Below are positions 34,293 to 45,355 of a stretch of DNA of 64,000 bases, one piece after another. The DNA comes from an uncultured Gemmatimonadaceae bacterium (GTDB lineage: Bacteria > Gemmatimonadota > Gemmatimonadetes > Longimicrobiales > Gaopeijiaceae): positions 2,381 through 66,380 of the forward strand of contig CAYOVN010000001.1 of assembly GCA_964407425.1 (NCBI GenBank). Reading direction: 5' to 3'. The position numbers were made by a program, and so were the translations under genes. The first letter of the stretch is position 1, and every line of letters begins with the position of its first letter. The notes below the pieces were generated by a model. It had not been told where the DNA came from and made no database searches. It was given only the letters and a program-made list of their open reading frames with translations.

Positions 34293-35306
34293 TCAACCCC
34301 CATTTCCCCCCAAACTTTCCTTCCAGCACGCCACTTGGCGGCCTTGGGACAAACATTTGAGTTCAGGCACCTCCTCCAGACACTCATGATCCTTCCCGGG
34401 ATGACTGCATCGGGGGTGAAGAGGGCACCCTTTTAGACTCCCCGAAGCGCCTCTTCCCTCCCCGGAGGACAGGGTCCAATCGGCCCATGTATTCGGTCCG
34501 GAAATCCCTGGACCCGTCGCCGCAAGTAAACCTCTGGTATAGGGATGCGTCGGCTGGGTGAACAAGGTCTCCACCGGGGACACCTCCATCAATCGACCCT
34601 CATACATAACGGCCACACGGTCCGACACCTGCCGCACAACCCCCAGGTCGTGGGTCACCAGGACAAGGGACAAATCCAAATGTTTCCGGAGCTCTTCCAA
34701 AAGACTCAGGATCTGGGCTTGAACAGACAGATCCAGGGCCGAAACCGGCTCATCCAGAACCAGAAATTCCGGGTCGACGGAGAGGGCTCTGGCTATGGCA
34801 AGGCGCTGGCGCTGGCCGCCGCTCAACTCATGGGGAAAGCGGCAAGCATGATTGGGAGTGAGGCCCACAATCTGGAAAAGCTCCCCAATCCGGGTTTTCA
34901 GGGCTCCCCGGTCTGGGTACCTCCCGTGAAATTTGAGGACTTCTTCCAGAACAGACCCGGCCCGAAGCCTCGGGTTGAGAGACCCCGACGGATCCTGAAA
35001 AACCACCTGAGCCTTTCGACGGAAGGCCTGAAGCTCCAAGCGGCCCATGGAAAGGACATCCACCCCCCTGTATAGGACCTCTCCCCCGGTGGGCTCAACC
35101 AGGCGGACGAGACTCCGGGCCAGCGTCGTCTTCCCAGAGCCCGACTCTCCCACTATGGCTAGACATTCCCCCTGCTCGAGTTGAAAACTCACGCCCTTGA
35201 GAGCCTGAATGGGGGCGCCCCGGCTCCTGCCGAAAGTGCCACCTCCTGGGTATTCGTGGACCAGGTTCCGGACCGACACCAAGGGCGAGGGTGAACTCCG
35301 GGTCAT
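34293..35306 (-). CDS. Peptide ABC transporter ATP-binding protein (OppF/DppF type)
   Basis: GESGSGKTT, LSGGQRQRLAIARAL, LVLDEPVSALD, and the C-terminal oligopeptide-type extension HPYTRGLL. The ATG at 35306 overlaps the stop of the upstream ATPase (ATGA). Confidence 0.9.
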   Translation of the reverse strand: MTRSSPSPLVSVRNLVHEYPGGGTFGRSRGAPIQALKGVSFQLEQGECLAIVGESGSGKTTLARSLVRLVEPTGGEVLYRGVDVLSMGRLELQAFRRKAQVVFQDPSGSLNPRLRAGSVLEEVLKFHGRYPDRGALKTRIGELFQIVGLTPNHACRFPHELSGGQRQRLAIARALSVDPEFLVLDEPVSALDLSVQAQILSLLEELRKHLDLSLVLVTHDLGVVRQVSDRVAVMYEGRLMEVSPVETLFTQPTHPYTRGLLAATGPGISGPNTWADWTLSSGEGRGASGSLKGCPLHPRCSHPGKDHECLEEVPELKCLSQGRQVACWKESLGGNGG

Positions 35307-36304
35307 GAGCGCTCCCCCCCCTTCATGAGCCAACACCGAACCTCTCGGCTGCCCACCTCTGAGCCCCCGGCCCCTCCGAGGATGCTCAGGGTCGGCTCAT
35401 CCTCACGACACCTCTCCAGAGCCACCGGACATCGGGTGTGGAATCGGCACCCCTCGGGCCAAGCCCCTGCCTCCGGAACTTCCCCGGGGATTGGCTTCAG
35501 CGTCCGGCGCCCCTTCTCCCATAAAAGACGGGATTCCAGAAGCCCCACGGTGTAGGGGTGATTCGGATTCTCGAGTATATCCCGGGTTGGACCAGCCTCC
35601 ACCACCTGGCCACCGTAGAGGACCACCACCCGATCACACACCCTGGACACCACCGAGAGATCGTGGGAAATGAGGAGCAACCCCATCCCCCTTTTGACCT
35701 GGACATCTTTCATCAGCATCAAGACCTGCGCCTCGGTGGTGCTGTCCAGGGCCGTTGTGGGCTCGTCCGCAACCAGCAGGTCCGGCTCCCCTGCCAGGGC
35801 CATAGCCATCATGGCCCTTTGACGCATCCCGCCAGAAAGCTGATGAGGGAAATCTCCGGCTCTGGCCCCCGGGTCCGGAATCCCCACCTCCGACAGAAGC
35901 CTACCCACTTCTTCTCCCACCGCGGCTCCCTTCAACCCCCGGTGTAGCTTCAGGGATTCGCCAATCTGGTTCCCCACGCTGAAGACGGGATTCAGGGATG
36001 TCATGGGCTCCTGAAAGATCATGGCGATACCACCCCCCCGGATCATTCGGAGCCGACCGGGCGAAGCGGCCACCAACTCCTCTCCCCTGAACCGAATGGA
36101 GCTCTCCGGAAGGAGGGCCTCCACCCCCCCGGGCTGGAGGCCGAGAAGGGAGAGGGCCAACACAGTCTTCCCCGAACCCGACTCCCCCACCAAACCCACC
36201 GCCTCCCCCTCACCTACCTGGAGATCGACACCATCCACGGCCTTTGCCGGGTCGGACGGCCCTGGAATGTGGGCCCTGAGATTCCGAACCTCCAGGAGGC
36301 TCAC
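35303..36304 (-). CDS. Peptide ABC transporter ATP-binding protein (OppD/DppD type)
   Basis: GESGSGKTV, LSGGMRQRAMMAMAL, LVADEPTTALD, HPYTVGLL, plus a C-terminal Cys-containing tail (CRFHTRCP). Confidence 0.9.
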   Translation of the reverse strand: MSLLEVRNLRAHIPGPSDPAKAVDGVDLQVGEGEAVGLVGESGSGKTVLALSLLGLQPGGVEALLPESSIRFRGEELVAASPGRLRMIRGGGIAMIFQEPMTSLNPVFSVGNQIGESLKLHRGLKGAAVGEEVGRLLSEVGIPDPGARAGDFPHQLSGGMRQRAMMAMALAGEPDLLVADEPTTALDSTTEAQVLMLMKDVQVKRGMGLLLISHDLSVVSRVCDRVVVLYGGQVVEAGPTRDILENPNHPYTVGLLESRLLWEKGRRTLKPIPGEVPEAGAWPEGCRFHTRCPVALERCREDEPTLSILGGAGGSEVGSREVRCWLMKGGERS

Positions 36305-37440
36305 GATCCCCTCTCCCTATGCCGGGGGTCCAGGGCATCCCGGAGCCCATCTCCCACCAGATTGAAGGCCAGAACGGCCAGTACGATGGCCAGGCCGGGG
36401 AAGGTGGCGATCCACCAGGCATCCATGAGGAATCCCCGTCCGTCATCGACCATCGAGCCCCAGGAAGGGGTCCCGTCCTGGACACCCAATCCCAAGAATG
36501 AGAGACCGGCCTCCAGGACGATCGCGTTCCCGACGCCAAGGGTGGCCACAACGATCAGGGGCCCGGCTGCGTTGGGCAGGAGATGTCGGAAAAGGACCCG
36601 CCGCCTGCTGAATCCCAACGCCCGCGCAGCTTGGGCGAACTCCCTTTCCTTAAGAGCCAGGATTTCTCCCCGGACCATTCGGGCCGTGAAGGGCCACTGG
36701 GTGAAGGCCAAGGCGACGATCACCACGAAGATGGTCGAGGGAAAGAGAGCTACGATGGCGATGAGAAGAACCAACCGGGGAAAGGAGAGGATCATATCCA
36801 CGAGGCGCATGATCACGGTATCCGTCCACCCTCCCCAATAACCGGCGATTCCACCCAGGACCGCCCCCAAGGTCACGCTGATCCCCACGGCCAGCAGTCC
36901 GATGGTAAGGGAAATGCGGGCACCGTAGAGAATCCGAGAGAAGACATCCTGGGAGAACTGGTCGGTTCCAAGGATATGTCGAGTGGAGGGCGGGTTCAGG
37001 ACGGTAGCCATGTCCCCGCCCGCCCTGTACGCCTCCCGGAACTCGGCCTCAAAAGGCGCAAGGAAGGGGGTCAACATCATAGCCAGGTACAGGACCCCGA
37101 TGATACCGAGCCCCATCATGGCTGTCCGGTTCCTCCGGAAGGACTCCCAACCGCCTCCAGGCCCCCACCATGAAGCCACTCCCCCTTCACTGGACCCGCC
37201 AGAAGCCGAGGCGTTATCCCGGTTGGACCACCACCACACACCTCCCAGTACAAGAACAAGAGTGATCAGAGCCAGCTGGTCATCGAATCCACCGGTCAGG
37301 GCGCCCAGGAGCCTGTCGAAACGGACCAGGGCCAGGGCGAGCAATCCAAACCAGGTAAGGAGAGCCGCAGCCCCTTCTGGGATCTTCCGCCGGGTGAGTT
37401 GGGGCAACCCCGGAGCCAGGTACCCGACCCACCTATTCAT
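36301..37440 (-). CDS. Peptide ABC transporter permease (OppC/DppC type) with an extended N-terminus
   Basis: BPD-transporter EAA region EFAQAARALGFSRRRVLFRHLLPN, and HILGTDQFSQDVFSRILYGARISL. The start could be 37440 or 37473. Confidence 0.85.
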   Translation of the reverse strand: MNRWVGYLAPGLPQLTRRKIPEGAAALLTWFGLLALALVRFDRLLGALTGGFDDQLALITLVLVLGGVWWWSNRDNASASGGSSEGGVASWWGPGGGWESFRRNRTAMMGLGIIGVLYLAMMLTPFLAPFEAEFREAYRAGGDMATVLNPPSTRHILGTDQFSQDVFSRILYGARISLTIGLLAVGISVTLGAVLGGIAGYWGGWTDTVIMRLVDMILSFPRLVLLIAIVALFPSTIFVVIVALAFTQWPFTARMVRGEILALKEREFAQAARALGFSRRRVLFRHLLPNAAGPLIVVATLGVGNAIVLEAGLSFLGLGVQDGTPSWGSMVDDGRGFLMDAWWIATFPGLAIVLAVLAFNLVGDGLRDALDPRHRERGS

Positions 37441-38425
37441 GGCGATCCCGGATCCGGGGATCCACCACCCCATAAAGGAGGTCGGCGATGAGATTTCCGA
37501 CCACCACCGTCACCCCGAAAATGACGGTCCCAGCCAGAACCACCGGAAAGTCCCTTCGAAAGATGGAGTCCACCATGAGCTGCCCCATCCCGGGCCACCC
37601 GAAGACCCTCTCCACCAGCACCGTGCCGCTGAGAAGGAAGGGGAAATAAACGCCGAAAAGACTCACGACAGGGATCAGGCCATTTCTCAGGGCATGCTTG
37701 AGGACCACTCGTGACTCCGAGAGCCCCTTTGCCCGGGCGGTCCGTATATAGTCCTGGCCGAGGACCTCCAGCATGCTGGCCCGAACGTAACGGGCCACCC
37801 CCCCCGCCAAAATCAGGGTGAGGGTGACACAGGGGAGAACCAGGTGGTGGATGCGATCCTTCAGTTGGCCCCAGGGGCTGAGGAGCTCCGCTCCCGCACT
37901 CACCGTCCCCGACGTGGGAAAACTGAAGGGCCAATCCCACAACGCCCCGGCTCCCACACTGAAAAACAGGATGAGCATCAGGCCCAACCAGAAAGAGGGC
38001 ATGGAGTAGAAGAAGAGCGTCACCACGCTCAGAAGAGAATCCGTGAACTTCCCCTGCCTCACAGCCTGCAGGACACCGATGGCACCCCCGAAAAGGAAGG
38101 CCAGGAATAGAGAGGTTCCGGCCAGAACCAGGGTATTGGGAAGGACCGCCAGGATTTGGTTTCGAACCGGCAGGGAGGAATGAAAGGAGATCCCGAAGTC
38201 TCCTTGCAAAAAGGCCCCGAGCCACCGGAAGTACCGGACCAGGAAGGGACCATCCAGTCCAAAGGTCCTACGAAGTTGTTCGATGTCTTCGGGAGAGGCG
38301 CCGCGGGGTATATAGAGGGCCGCCGGGTCTCCCGGCGCCAAGCTCAGGGCCAGGAAGACCAGGGTAGCCACCCCCAGAAGGAGGGGGAGGGCCCCGAGGG
38401 TTCGACGGAGAACCAGAGAGATCAA
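37433..38425 (-). CDS. Peptide ABC transporter permease (OppB/DppB type)
   Basis: DYIRTARAKGLSESRVVLKHALRNGLIPVV (EAA loop), six TM segments, N-terminal MISLVLRRTLGALPLLLGV. Confidence 0.9.
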   Translation of the reverse strand: MISLVLRRTLGALPLLLGVATLVFLALSLAPGDPAALYIPRGASPEDIEQLRRTFGLDGPFLVRYFRWLGAFLQGDFGISFHSSLPVRNQILAVLPNTLVLAGTSLFLAFLFGGAIGVLQAVRQGKFTDSLLSVVTLFFYSMPSFWLGLMLILFFSVGAGALWDWPFSFPTSGTVSAGAELLSPWGQLKDRIHHLVLPCVTLTLILAGGVARYVRASMLEVLGQDYIRTARAKGLSESRVVLKHALRNGLIPVVSLFGVYFPFLLSGTVLVERVFGWPGMGQLMVDSIFRRDFPVVLAGTVIFGVTVVVGNLIADLLYGVVDPRIRDRHE

Positions 38426-38438
38426 CGCCCTGCCCCTC

Positions 38439-40157
38439 TCAGTCCCTTTCCCGGTTCTCGGAGGCGATCCACCAGTTCCTGATCGTGGCCCAATCCCCCC
38501 GGGTATCCATCACTACATCCTGGAGCCTGGGTCCCACCCCGTTTCGGCGATTGGCTGAGTACAGGAACGTATACGGCTGTACCGCCATCAGGCGCAGCTG
38601 ATACTCCTGCCAGAGGGGGTACGCCACATCCCGGTCCGGGATGAGTGAAAGGGTGTCCAGATACCGATCCAGAACCGGGTCCATGGTTCCGGAGAAAGCC
38701 CAGGACCCCGCCAAATCAAAAACCTCCGAATGAAAGAGGTCCCGGTCGTCGATCCGGAACCCGGTCTCGAAGGTGACGAAGGCTCCCTCGAAGTTCCGGT
38801 CGGCTCCCTGGATTCGTTCGCCATAGGTCGCCCGGTCCAACATCCTGGGAAGAAGTTCGACCCCGATATCCTGGAGCTGGACCCGGATGATCTCCGCCAC
38901 CCGCTCCCGCTCCTGATTCGGATTGTAGATCAGGTCGATTTGGAGGGGGTTCCCCTGGGCGTCCTCCCGGACACCTGATCCGTCCCGGTCCACCCAGCCC
39001 GCTTCCTCCAGGAGGCTCCGGGCCTGTTCTGGGTCATAGGGAAGGGAGTCCCCCAAAGCCGAATCGAAAGCCCAGTGGGCCGGAGGAAGGCTCCCGTTCA
39101 GCAGGACCGCATCCCCCAACTGCACGCCCTCGATGAGCTGGCGCCGGTTGATTCCCAGGGTGAGGGCCCGGCGGGTCCGGGCGTCCGACAGCTCCGGAAC
39201 CCGGCTGTTCCAGGCAATAAAGAAGATGGCAGGGTAGGGATAGCTCCTCACCGAAATCCCCTCCGCCTCCGCCGAGGCAACCTGGTTCGGTAGCATCTGT
39301 ACGAAGAGGTCCACCTCTCCTATCAAGAGATCACCAAGGAGGGTCGTGTGGTCCGGGATGTAGCGATAGACATACCGATCCAGGTAGGGCCTCCCTCCCA
39401 GCTCCTCAGGGAATGCCGGGTTGGCTCCAAAAGTCCAGCTCTCGTCCGGGACCCGGGAAAGAAACCGGAAAGGCCCGTTCCCCACTGGGCACAGCACAGC
39501 CCAGGGGTGGCTCCACGATTCACCCGCCGGAACGTCTCCCAGAAGGTGCTCGGGAAGGATCGCCAGATTCCGCCAGATCTCCAGGGGGTCCTGGTGGGGT
39601 TCGAAGTGGAAGGTCACCGTGAAAGAGTCCACCACTTCCACCCCAGCATCCCCGGGAAGGTAGGCCTGGAAGAAGCTCGGGTTGGAATACAAGCTCTCCG
39701 GGTTCGTGACCGTGCGATAGGTGAAGGCCACGTCGTCGGCGGTGGTCAGCGCTCCGTCGTGCCAGTAGACATCGTCCCGGAGGTGGAAGGTCAACTGGGT
39801 TTGATCGTCGGAGAACTCCCAGGATTCAGCCAGGTAGGGGGCCGGCTGAAGGTCTTCATCGAATTCGATGAGGGTCATGAGGTTTACGAACTGTTGGTGC
39901 TGCGCAGATGCGACCTCTCCTGCTGCCCTCGGGCTCATTCCCCTAAGGTCCTCCACCGTCCCGGCCACGGCCATCCCACCATACCGATCCCCGGTCGGCT
40001 CCTGCCCTGCAAACGTGGCCATGAAGGAATCCACCCTGGCCAGGGCCGGCCCACAGAAAGGGGCATCCGCTCCAGCGTCAGCGCCGCCGGAGCCACTTTC
40101 TCCGCAAGCGCACAAGGCCAGAAAAAGGAAAGGGAGAACGGGAACGGATCGCTTCAT
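38439..40157 (-). CDS. Peptide/nickel ABC transporter substrate-binding lipoprotein (family 5, OppA/DppA type)
   Basis: Lipobox LFLALCACG. The size and motifs (YWHDGALTTADDVAFTY, WNSRVPELSDARTRRAL) are typical of SBP family 5. Confidence 0.85.
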   Translation of the reverse strand: MKRSVPVLPFLFLALCACGESGSGGADAGADAPFCGPALARVDSFMATFAGQEPTGDRYGGMAVAGTVEDLRGMSPRAAGEVASAQHQQFVNLMTLIEFDEDLQPAPYLAESWEFSDDQTQLTFHLRDDVYWHDGALTTADDVAFTYRTVTNPESLYSNPSFFQAYLPGDAGVEVVDSFTVTFHFEPHQDPLEIWRNLAILPEHLLGDVPAGESWSHPWAVLCPVGNGPFRFLSRVPDESWTFGANPAFPEELGGRPYLDRYVYRYIPDHTTLLGDLLIGEVDLFVQMLPNQVASAEAEGISVRSYPYPAIFFIAWNSRVPELSDARTRRALTLGINRRQLIEGVQLGDAVLLNGSLPPAHWAFDSALGDSLPYDPEQARSLLEEAGWVDRDGSGVREDAQGNPLQIDLIYNPNQERERVAEIIRVQLQDIGVELLPRMLDRATYGERIQGADRNFEGAFVTFETGFRIDDRDLFHSEVFDLAGSWAFSGTMDPVLDRYLDTLSLIPDRDVAYPLWQEYQLRLMAVQPYTFLYSANRRNGVGPRLQDVVMDTRGDWATIRNWWIASENRERD

Positions 40158-40217
40158 ACCAGGAACTCCTCGCCTAGGGGGCTTTTTCGAGAAGGTCGGC
40201 ACACCCCCTCTCAGCCC

Positions 40218-41003
40218 CTAAAAACGCCAGGTCCAATCAGCATCCCCATAGTGGGACTCAAGCTCGACGGCCGCCATCTTCTCGTTCTCCCCATACTCCC
40301 CATCCGTCCACACTCCCCCTAGCGTCTCGGTCAGCCCCTCCCGAAGGCAACTCCCCAGGCGTGAGAGGTCAGGAACGACACCCATAAGGGCCTTAACCGT
40401 CGCCGGGGGAGGCACAGGCTCCTCGTCCCCCCTCAAACGCCGGAGGATGTCCTGGTCGCCGTCCAGAATGATGGAGCCGTGCTGAAGGATGTTGTCCCCG
40501 ACCCGGACCTGGGCGCTCCCGATGAGCTTCCGCCCCAAGGCCATGACTTCCCCCTCAGCTGGTTGCCGAAAACAGGGGCCCGCATCAGGGGGAAGAGCCG
40601 GTCCTGTCTCCGCCGCCAGGTCAACGGCAGCACCCATGGATTGGAGTCCGGCCAGCAACCCCTTGTTGATGATTCGGTAGGCCTTTCTCAGACCGCCGAA
40701 GGTCCCGAGGGGGAAGACCAGCGCGTAGGTGAGTTCCTGATGGTGCAGGACGGCCCGACCTCCGGTGGGACGCCGAACAAAAGTGACACCCTCATCCTCC
40801 CCTCTTCGCTCCGAGTAGAGACCCATGGAGGGCTCATTCCGGCCGAATGAAATGGTGGGAGGATCCCAACGATACAGCCGCAGAACCCCGGCCCCCTCTT
40901 TGACGGAAAGGGCCAAGGCATGATCCCGAGCCATATTCACCTCGCCGGGCAGTGCTCCATCCAGGATCACCCGCCAGGCCAAGGGCACCGGCTCAGAATT
41001 CAT
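40218..41003 (-). CDS. Lipoate-protein ligase A family / octanoyltransferase (LipM-like, catalytic domain only)
   Basis: BPL/LPL catalytic motifs RRPTGGRAVLHHQELTYALVFP and GRKLIGSAQVR. 261 aa. Adjacent to gcvP and gcvH. Confidence 0.8.
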   Translation of the reverse strand: MNSEPVPLAWRVILDGALPGEVNMARDHALALSVKEGAGVLRLYRWDPPTISFGRNEPSMGLYSERRGEDEGVTFVRRPTGGRAVLHHQELTYALVFPLGTFGGLRKAYRIINKGLLAGLQSMGAAVDLAAETGPALPPDAGPCFRQPAEGEVMALGRKLIGSAQVRVGDNILQHGSIILDGDQDILRRLRGDEEPVPPPATVKALMGVVPDLSRLGSCLREGLTETLGGVWTDGEYGENEKMAAVELESHYGDADWTWRF

Positions 41004-41007
41004 ACTC

Positions 41008-41694
41008 CTAGAACTCGTAGACGTCCCCCGCCTCCAGGACCTCCACGGCTGCCCTCAGTCCAACCATGCCGCGGAAGACCTCCGGGTCCTGAACGATCAG
41101 GTCGAAGGTGTTGTAGTGGATGGGAATCACGACCTTCGGCTCGATGAACTCCACGGCCCTCGCTGCATCCATGGGGCCCATGGTGAAGTTGTCACCGATG
41201 GGGAGGAGGGCCACATCCACGGTTCCCTTCAGAAGCTGCATGTCCGTGAGAAGAGCGGTGTCGCCTGCGTGATAGAGGGTCTTCTCCCCTACCTCCATCC
41301 AAAAGCCCCCCGGTACCGTCGTGAAGGCCCCCGTATCATCCCCGGCCACCTGACCGCCGTGGAGGGCCGCCGTCATCTTCACATATCCGAAGGGAAATTT
41401 GAACCCTCCGCCGATATGGAGGGGGTGGGCATTCTCGACACCCCGACTCTGCGCGAAGCTGACGATCTCAAAGGTGGACACCAGGGTCGCCCCGGTCCGT
41501 TTGGCCAGGGGGATGGCGTCTGCGAAGTGATCAAAGTGGCCGTGGGTGCAGAGAATGTAGTCCACATCCTGGATTTCGTCGGCCTTGATGTCACTGACCG
41601 GGTTTTCGTCGAACCAGGGATCGATGATGATCTTCGTCCCGTCGTCGAGGATGAGGGAAAAGGTGGAGTGGCCGTGAAAATGGAGCTTGGCCAT
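41008..41694 (-). CDS. Metal-dependent hydrolase, UPF0173/MBL-fold family
   Basis: MAKLHFHGHSTFSL...IIDPWF and ILCTHGHFDH (HxHxDH). 228 aa. Confidence 0.85.
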   Translation of the reverse strand: MAKLHFHGHSTFSLILDDGTKIIIDPWFDENPVSDIKADEIQDVDYILCTHGHFDHFADAIPLAKRTGATLVSTFEIVSFAQSRGVENAHPLHIGGGFKFPFGYVKMTAALHGGQVAGDDTGAFTTVPGGFWMEVGEKTLYHAGDTALLTDMQLLKGTVDVALLPIGDNFTMGPMDAARAVEFIEPKVVIPIHYNTFDLIVQDPEVFRGMVGLRAAVEVLEAGDVYEF

Positions 41695-41785
41695 GGGAGC
41701 CTCCTTCTCTGTTGAGGCTGGGGAGCCTATTGGGAGGATGGGGCAGCCACCTTCCCGGAAGCCAGGGCCCCGATCTCTATAACCA

Positions 41786-41807
41786 CCCCGGGGGGAAACC
41801 CCCGGGG
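41786..41807 (-). terminator. GC hairpin downstream of gcvP (9-bp stem CCCCGGGGG/CCCCCGGGG)
   Basis: The inverted repeat lies 57 nt after the gcvP stop. Only a weak T-run follows on the minus strand (TGGTTATAG). Confidence 0.4.
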
Positions 41808-41863
41808 CTCTATCACTTGTCTCTTTCCGACTCCTCCGGCCCTGTACCAGATACTACCCAGGT

Positions 41864-44734
41864 CTATTCCTCCGAATAGGCCTCGATGGGCGGACAGGCA
41901 CAGACCAGATTCCGGTCCCCAAAGGCATTGTTCACCCTGCGTACCGGCGGCCAGAACTTGCTCTCCACGGTCCACGGAGCAGGGAATACTGCCCGGGTCC
42001 TGGAGTACGGAAGGTCCCACTCATCCCCGGCGGCCATGCGCGACGTGTGGGGAGCACTCTTCAGGAGGTTTTCCTTCGGATCCGCGACCCCGTTCTCAAC
42101 CTCTGCGATCTCGGCCCGGATGCTCGTCATGGCCTGACAGAAACGATCCAGCTCATACTTGGATTCGCTTTCAGTCGGTTCCACCATAAGCGTGCCCGCC
42201 ACAGGGAACGACTGGGTAGGTGAGTGGAAGCCATAATCCATGAGCCGCTTCGCCACGTCCTCATCGGTCACGCCGGAGGTCTTCCGCACTGGGCGAAGGT
42301 CCAGGATGAACTCGTGGGCTACCCTCCCCTTCTCACCGTGATAGAGAATCGGGAAGTGCTCTTCCAGCTTCGTTCCCAGGTAGTTGGCGTTGAGAATTGC
42401 TCCTTCGGTGGCCTGTTTCAGACCATCCGGTCCCAAAAGCCGGATGTAGGACCAGGAAATGGGAAGGATGCTGGGGCTACCCCATGGCCCGGCACTCACG
42501 GGCCCGGTGCCCTTTTCGCCACCGACCTTCACCACAGGGTGACCGGGCAGGAAGGGAGCAAGAGCATCGTTACAGCAAATGGGGCCCATCCCCGGACCAC
42601 CACCACCGTGGGGGATGGCGAAGGTCTTGTGGAGGTTCAGATGGCAGACGTCAGCCCCGAAGTCCCCAGGCCGTGAAAGGCCAACCATGGCATTCATGTT
42701 TGCCCCATCCAGATATACCATCCCGCCATGCTCATGGATGATATCGTTGATTTCTTTGATGCGTGACTCAAAAACCCCATGGGTGGAGGGGTAGGTGATC
42801 ATGGCCGCCGCCAACGTCCCGGCGTATTCCTGCGCCTTGGCCCGGAGGTCGTCCACGTCGATGTTCCCCATCTCATCCGTCTTTACCACGACGACCTTCA
42901 TCCCGGCCATGACAGCGGAGGCTGGGTTGGTCCCGTGGGCCGAAGCCGGAATCAGACAAACATCCCGGTGGGCGTCGCCCCGATCCAGGTGATACGCACG
43001 AATTACCAACAGCCCGGTGTATTCACCGTTGGCGCCGGAATTGGGCATCATGGACGTGGCAGTGAACCCGGTGATCTCCTCGAGCCAACCCTCCAGGTCG
43101 TCGATGATCCTCTTGTAGCCCCTGGTCTGATCCGCCGGCGCGAAGGGGTGCAGACTGGCGAACTCCGGCCAGGTGATCGGGACCATCTCCGTGGTGGCGT
43201 TCAGCTTCATGGTGCACGACCCCAGAGAGATCATGCTTGTATTCAGAGAGAGGTCTCTGGCTTCCAGTTTGTGGATATACCGGAGCATCTCCGTTTCGGA
43301 GTGGTACCGGTTGAACACCGGATGTGTGAGATAGTCCGTCGTACGGAGGAAGGCTCCAGGGAGATCAACCGCCTCGCCCTCCGACGCCAACTGCTTCGCC
43401 GAGACTTTGCCCTCACCTCCGAAGACCGCAAACAGGTCGTCCACGTCAGCGGGCAGCACACCTTCGTCCAAAGCGATTCCAACGGTTCCATCGCCGAAAT
43501 CCCTGAGGTTGATCCCTCGACCCAAGGCACCCTGCAGGACATCTGCAACGGTCATCCCCTGGGGCTTGATCCGGATCGTGTCGAAGAAGACTTCGTGTAC
43601 GATCTCGTGACCCAGACGCTTGAGACCATTGGCCAGGACACCCGCCAGGTTGTGGATGCGCTCGGCGATGGCCCGAACCCCCTCAGGGCCATGATAGACG
43701 GCATACATTCCCGCCATAATCGCCAGGAGGACTTGAGCCGTGCAGATATTGGAAGTGGCCTTCTCCCTGCGGATATGTTGCTCCCGAGTCTGAAGGGCCA
43801 TGCGGAGGGCCGGATTCCCGTCGACGTCCTGGGAAACCCCGATAATCCGTCCAGGCATCTTCCTCTTGAAGCCCTCGTGTGCGGCCAGGTAGGCAGCGTG
43901 AGGACCACCGAATCCCATGGGGACACCGAAGCGCTGGGTGTTACCTACAGCTGCGTCGGCTCCGAAGTCTCCCGGTGGTTTCAGGAGAGCCAGGCTCATG
44001 AGGTCCGCCGCCACGACCACGAAGGCACCAACATCGTGAGCCTTGGCCACGAAGCCCTCGTAATCCATCACCTGGCCGCATGTCGTCGGATACGACACCA
44101 GCGCCCCGAAAACATCGTCGTTGAACTCAAAGGTCTCGTGATCCCCTACGATCACCTCGATACCAACCGGTTCCGCCCGGGTCTGCACGACGGCGATGGT
44201 CTGGGGGTGGCACATCTCCGACACAAAGAAAGTGCTCCGGTTTCCTTTTGCCTCACCCTGGAACAGGGCCATGGCCTCAGCTGCGGCGGTGCCCTCATCC
44301 AGGAGGGAGGCGTTTGCGATCTCGAGACCGGTCATATCCATGACCATGGTCTGGAAGTTCAACAGGGCCTCCAACCGACCCTGGGAGATCTCGGCCTGGT
44401 AGGGCGTATACTGGGTGTACCAACCCGGGTTCTCCAGGATATTTCTGGCGATGATTCCGGGGGTCACGGTGTCATGGTACCCCATCCCCAGGTAGGACCG
44501 GAAAACCTTGTTCTCCTGGGCGATGCCTTTGATCTCCTTCAGGAGGAGATGTTCCGGCGTAGCGGCCGGGACATTCAGGGTCCTCGGGAACCGGATCACA
44601 TCGGGGACGGTGTCCTGAATCAGGCCGTCCATGTCCGAGTATCCCAGGAAACCCAGCATCTCCTTTTTCTCGGCTTCGCCGGGCCCGACGTGCCGACGGA
44701 CGAAATCACTCTTGGGATCTATCTTCAGCGACAT
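41864..44734 (-). CDS. gcvP: Glycine dehydrogenase (decarboxylating), single-chain P protein
   Basis: 956 aa. Contains [42 protein letters not shown] (PLP-lysine region) and [14 protein letters not shown]. Confidence 0.97.
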   Translation of the reverse strand: MSLKIDPKSDFVRRHVGPGEAEKKEMLGFLGYSDMDGLIQDTVPDVIRFPRTLNVPAATPEHLLLKEIKGIAQENKVFRSYLGMGYHDTVTPGIIARNILENPGWYTQYTPYQAEISQGRLEALLNFQTMVMDMTGLEIANASLLDEGTAAAEAMALFQGEAKGNRSTFFVSEMCHPQTIAVVQTRAEPVGIEVIVGDHETFEFNDDVFGALVSYPTTCGQVMDYEGFVAKAHDVGAFVVVAADLMSLALLKPPGDFGADAAVGNTQRFGVPMGFGGPHAAYLAAHEGFKRKMPGRIIGVSQDVDGNPALRMALQTREQHIRREKATSNICTAQVLLAIMAGMYAVYHGPEGVRAIAERIHNLAGVLANGLKRLGHEIVHEVFFDTIRIKPQGMTVADVLQGALGRGINLRDFGDGTVGIALDEGVLPADVDDLFAVFGGEGKVSAKQLASEGEAVDLPGAFLRTTDYLTHPVFNRYHSETEMLRYIHKLEARDLSLNTSMISLGSCTMKLNATTEMVPITWPEFASLHPFAPADQTRGYKRIIDDLEGWLEEITGFTATSMMPNSGANGEYTGLLVIRAYHLDRGDAHRDVCLIPASAHGTNPASAVMAGMKVVVVKTDEMGNIDVDDLRAKAQEYAGTLAAAMITYPSTHGVFESRIKEINDIIHEHGGMVYLDGANMNAMVGLSRPGDFGADVCHLNLHKTFAIPHGGGGPGMGPICCNDALAPFLPGHPVVKVGGEKGTGPVSAGPWGSPSILPISWSYIRLLGPDGLKQATEGAILNANYLGTKLEEHFPILYHGEKGRVAHEFILDLRPVRKTSGVTDEDVAKRLMDYGFHSPTQSFPVAGTLMVEPTESESKYELDRFCQAMTSIRAEIAEVENGVADPKENLLKSAPHTSRMAAGDEWDLPYSRTRAVFPAPWTVESKFWPPVRRVNNAFGDRNLVCACPPIEAYSEE

Positions 44735-44899
44735 AGTGGAACTTCCAGCTTTCTCGCTGGCTCAGGGATCGGGGCAGGGATTGGCTTCCAGAGCCATATC
44801 GGAGCCCCGGGGCCCATGGCCCCGAGACTCCCTGATCCAGCGCAAGGATGTCAGTGTATCAACGAGAGGGGACGTTCTTCCCACCCTCGGGTGAATCTG

Positions 44900-45289
44900 T
44901 CAGCCGTTGACCAGTGCAGTGTAAGCTACTGCGTCCAGTAGGCCCGAAACCTCGCCGGGGTCCTGGAGCTTGAGCTTGATGATCCAGCCCTCCCCGTAGG
45001 GATCGGAGTTCACCACCGCAGGGTCGTCATCGAGGGCCGCGTTGACATCCACGACCTCGCCCGCCAGGGGGCAAAACAAGTCACTGACTGCTTTCACGGC
45101 TTCGATGTTCCCGAAGGGATCCATCTTCCCGAATGTGACCCCGACATCGGGCAGTTCGATGTAGACGACATCACCAAGCTCGCCCTGGGCGTAGTCCGTG
45201 ACCCCAACGAGGTAGACCCCCTCATCGTCCGTAGCTTTGAGGTACTCGTGCTCTTCAGTGAAAAAGAGGCCTTCAGGAATGTCAGACAT
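44900..45289 (-). CDS. gcvH: Glycine cleavage system H protein
   Basis: FTEEHEYL...VGVTDYAQGELGDVVYIELP...IEAVKAVSDLFCPLAGEVV (lipoyl-lysine motif). Strong SD GGAGGA lies 4 nt upstream of the ATG at 45289. The track start at 45394 is an upstream extension. Confidence 0.95.
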   Translation of the reverse strand: MSDIPEGLFFTEEHEYLKATDDEGVYLVGVTDYAQGELGDVVYIELPDVGVTFGKMDPFGNIEAVKAVSDLFCPLAGEVVDVNAALDDDPAVVNSDPYGEGWIIKLKLQDPGEVSGLLDAVAYTALVNG

Positions 45290-45325
45290 GGTTCCTCCGT
45301 TGAATGCTATATGTGCCAGACCGGC

Positions 45326-45355
45326 ACAATAGAAGCCTTTTTCCGCAAGCGTCAA
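45326..45355 (-). promoter_or_regulatory. Sigma-70-like promoter candidate for gcvH-gcvP (TTGACG, 18-nt spacer, TATTGT)
   Basis: Read on the minus strand: CTTGACGCTTGCGGAAAAAGGCTTCTATTGTGCC. It lies about 35-65 nt upstream of the gcvH ATG and is followed by a small hairpin GTGCCGGTCTGGCAC. Confidence 0.35.

Noticed and set aside
42779-44941. A very long ORF (720 aa) antisense to gcvP. Similar long antisense ORFs occur at 54156-55499 (antisense to actB), 18064-19311 (ppdK), 20246-21307 (maeB), 45558-46559 (acyl-CoA dehydrogenase), 48103-48960 (GGDEF gene), 32392-33369 (slt) and 61083-61628 (AbrB/macro).
   Set aside because: These are shadow ORFs typical of high-GC genomes. The opposite strand encodes unmistakable conserved enzymes, while the antisense translations are low-complexity, Arg/Pro/Gly-rich and match no family.
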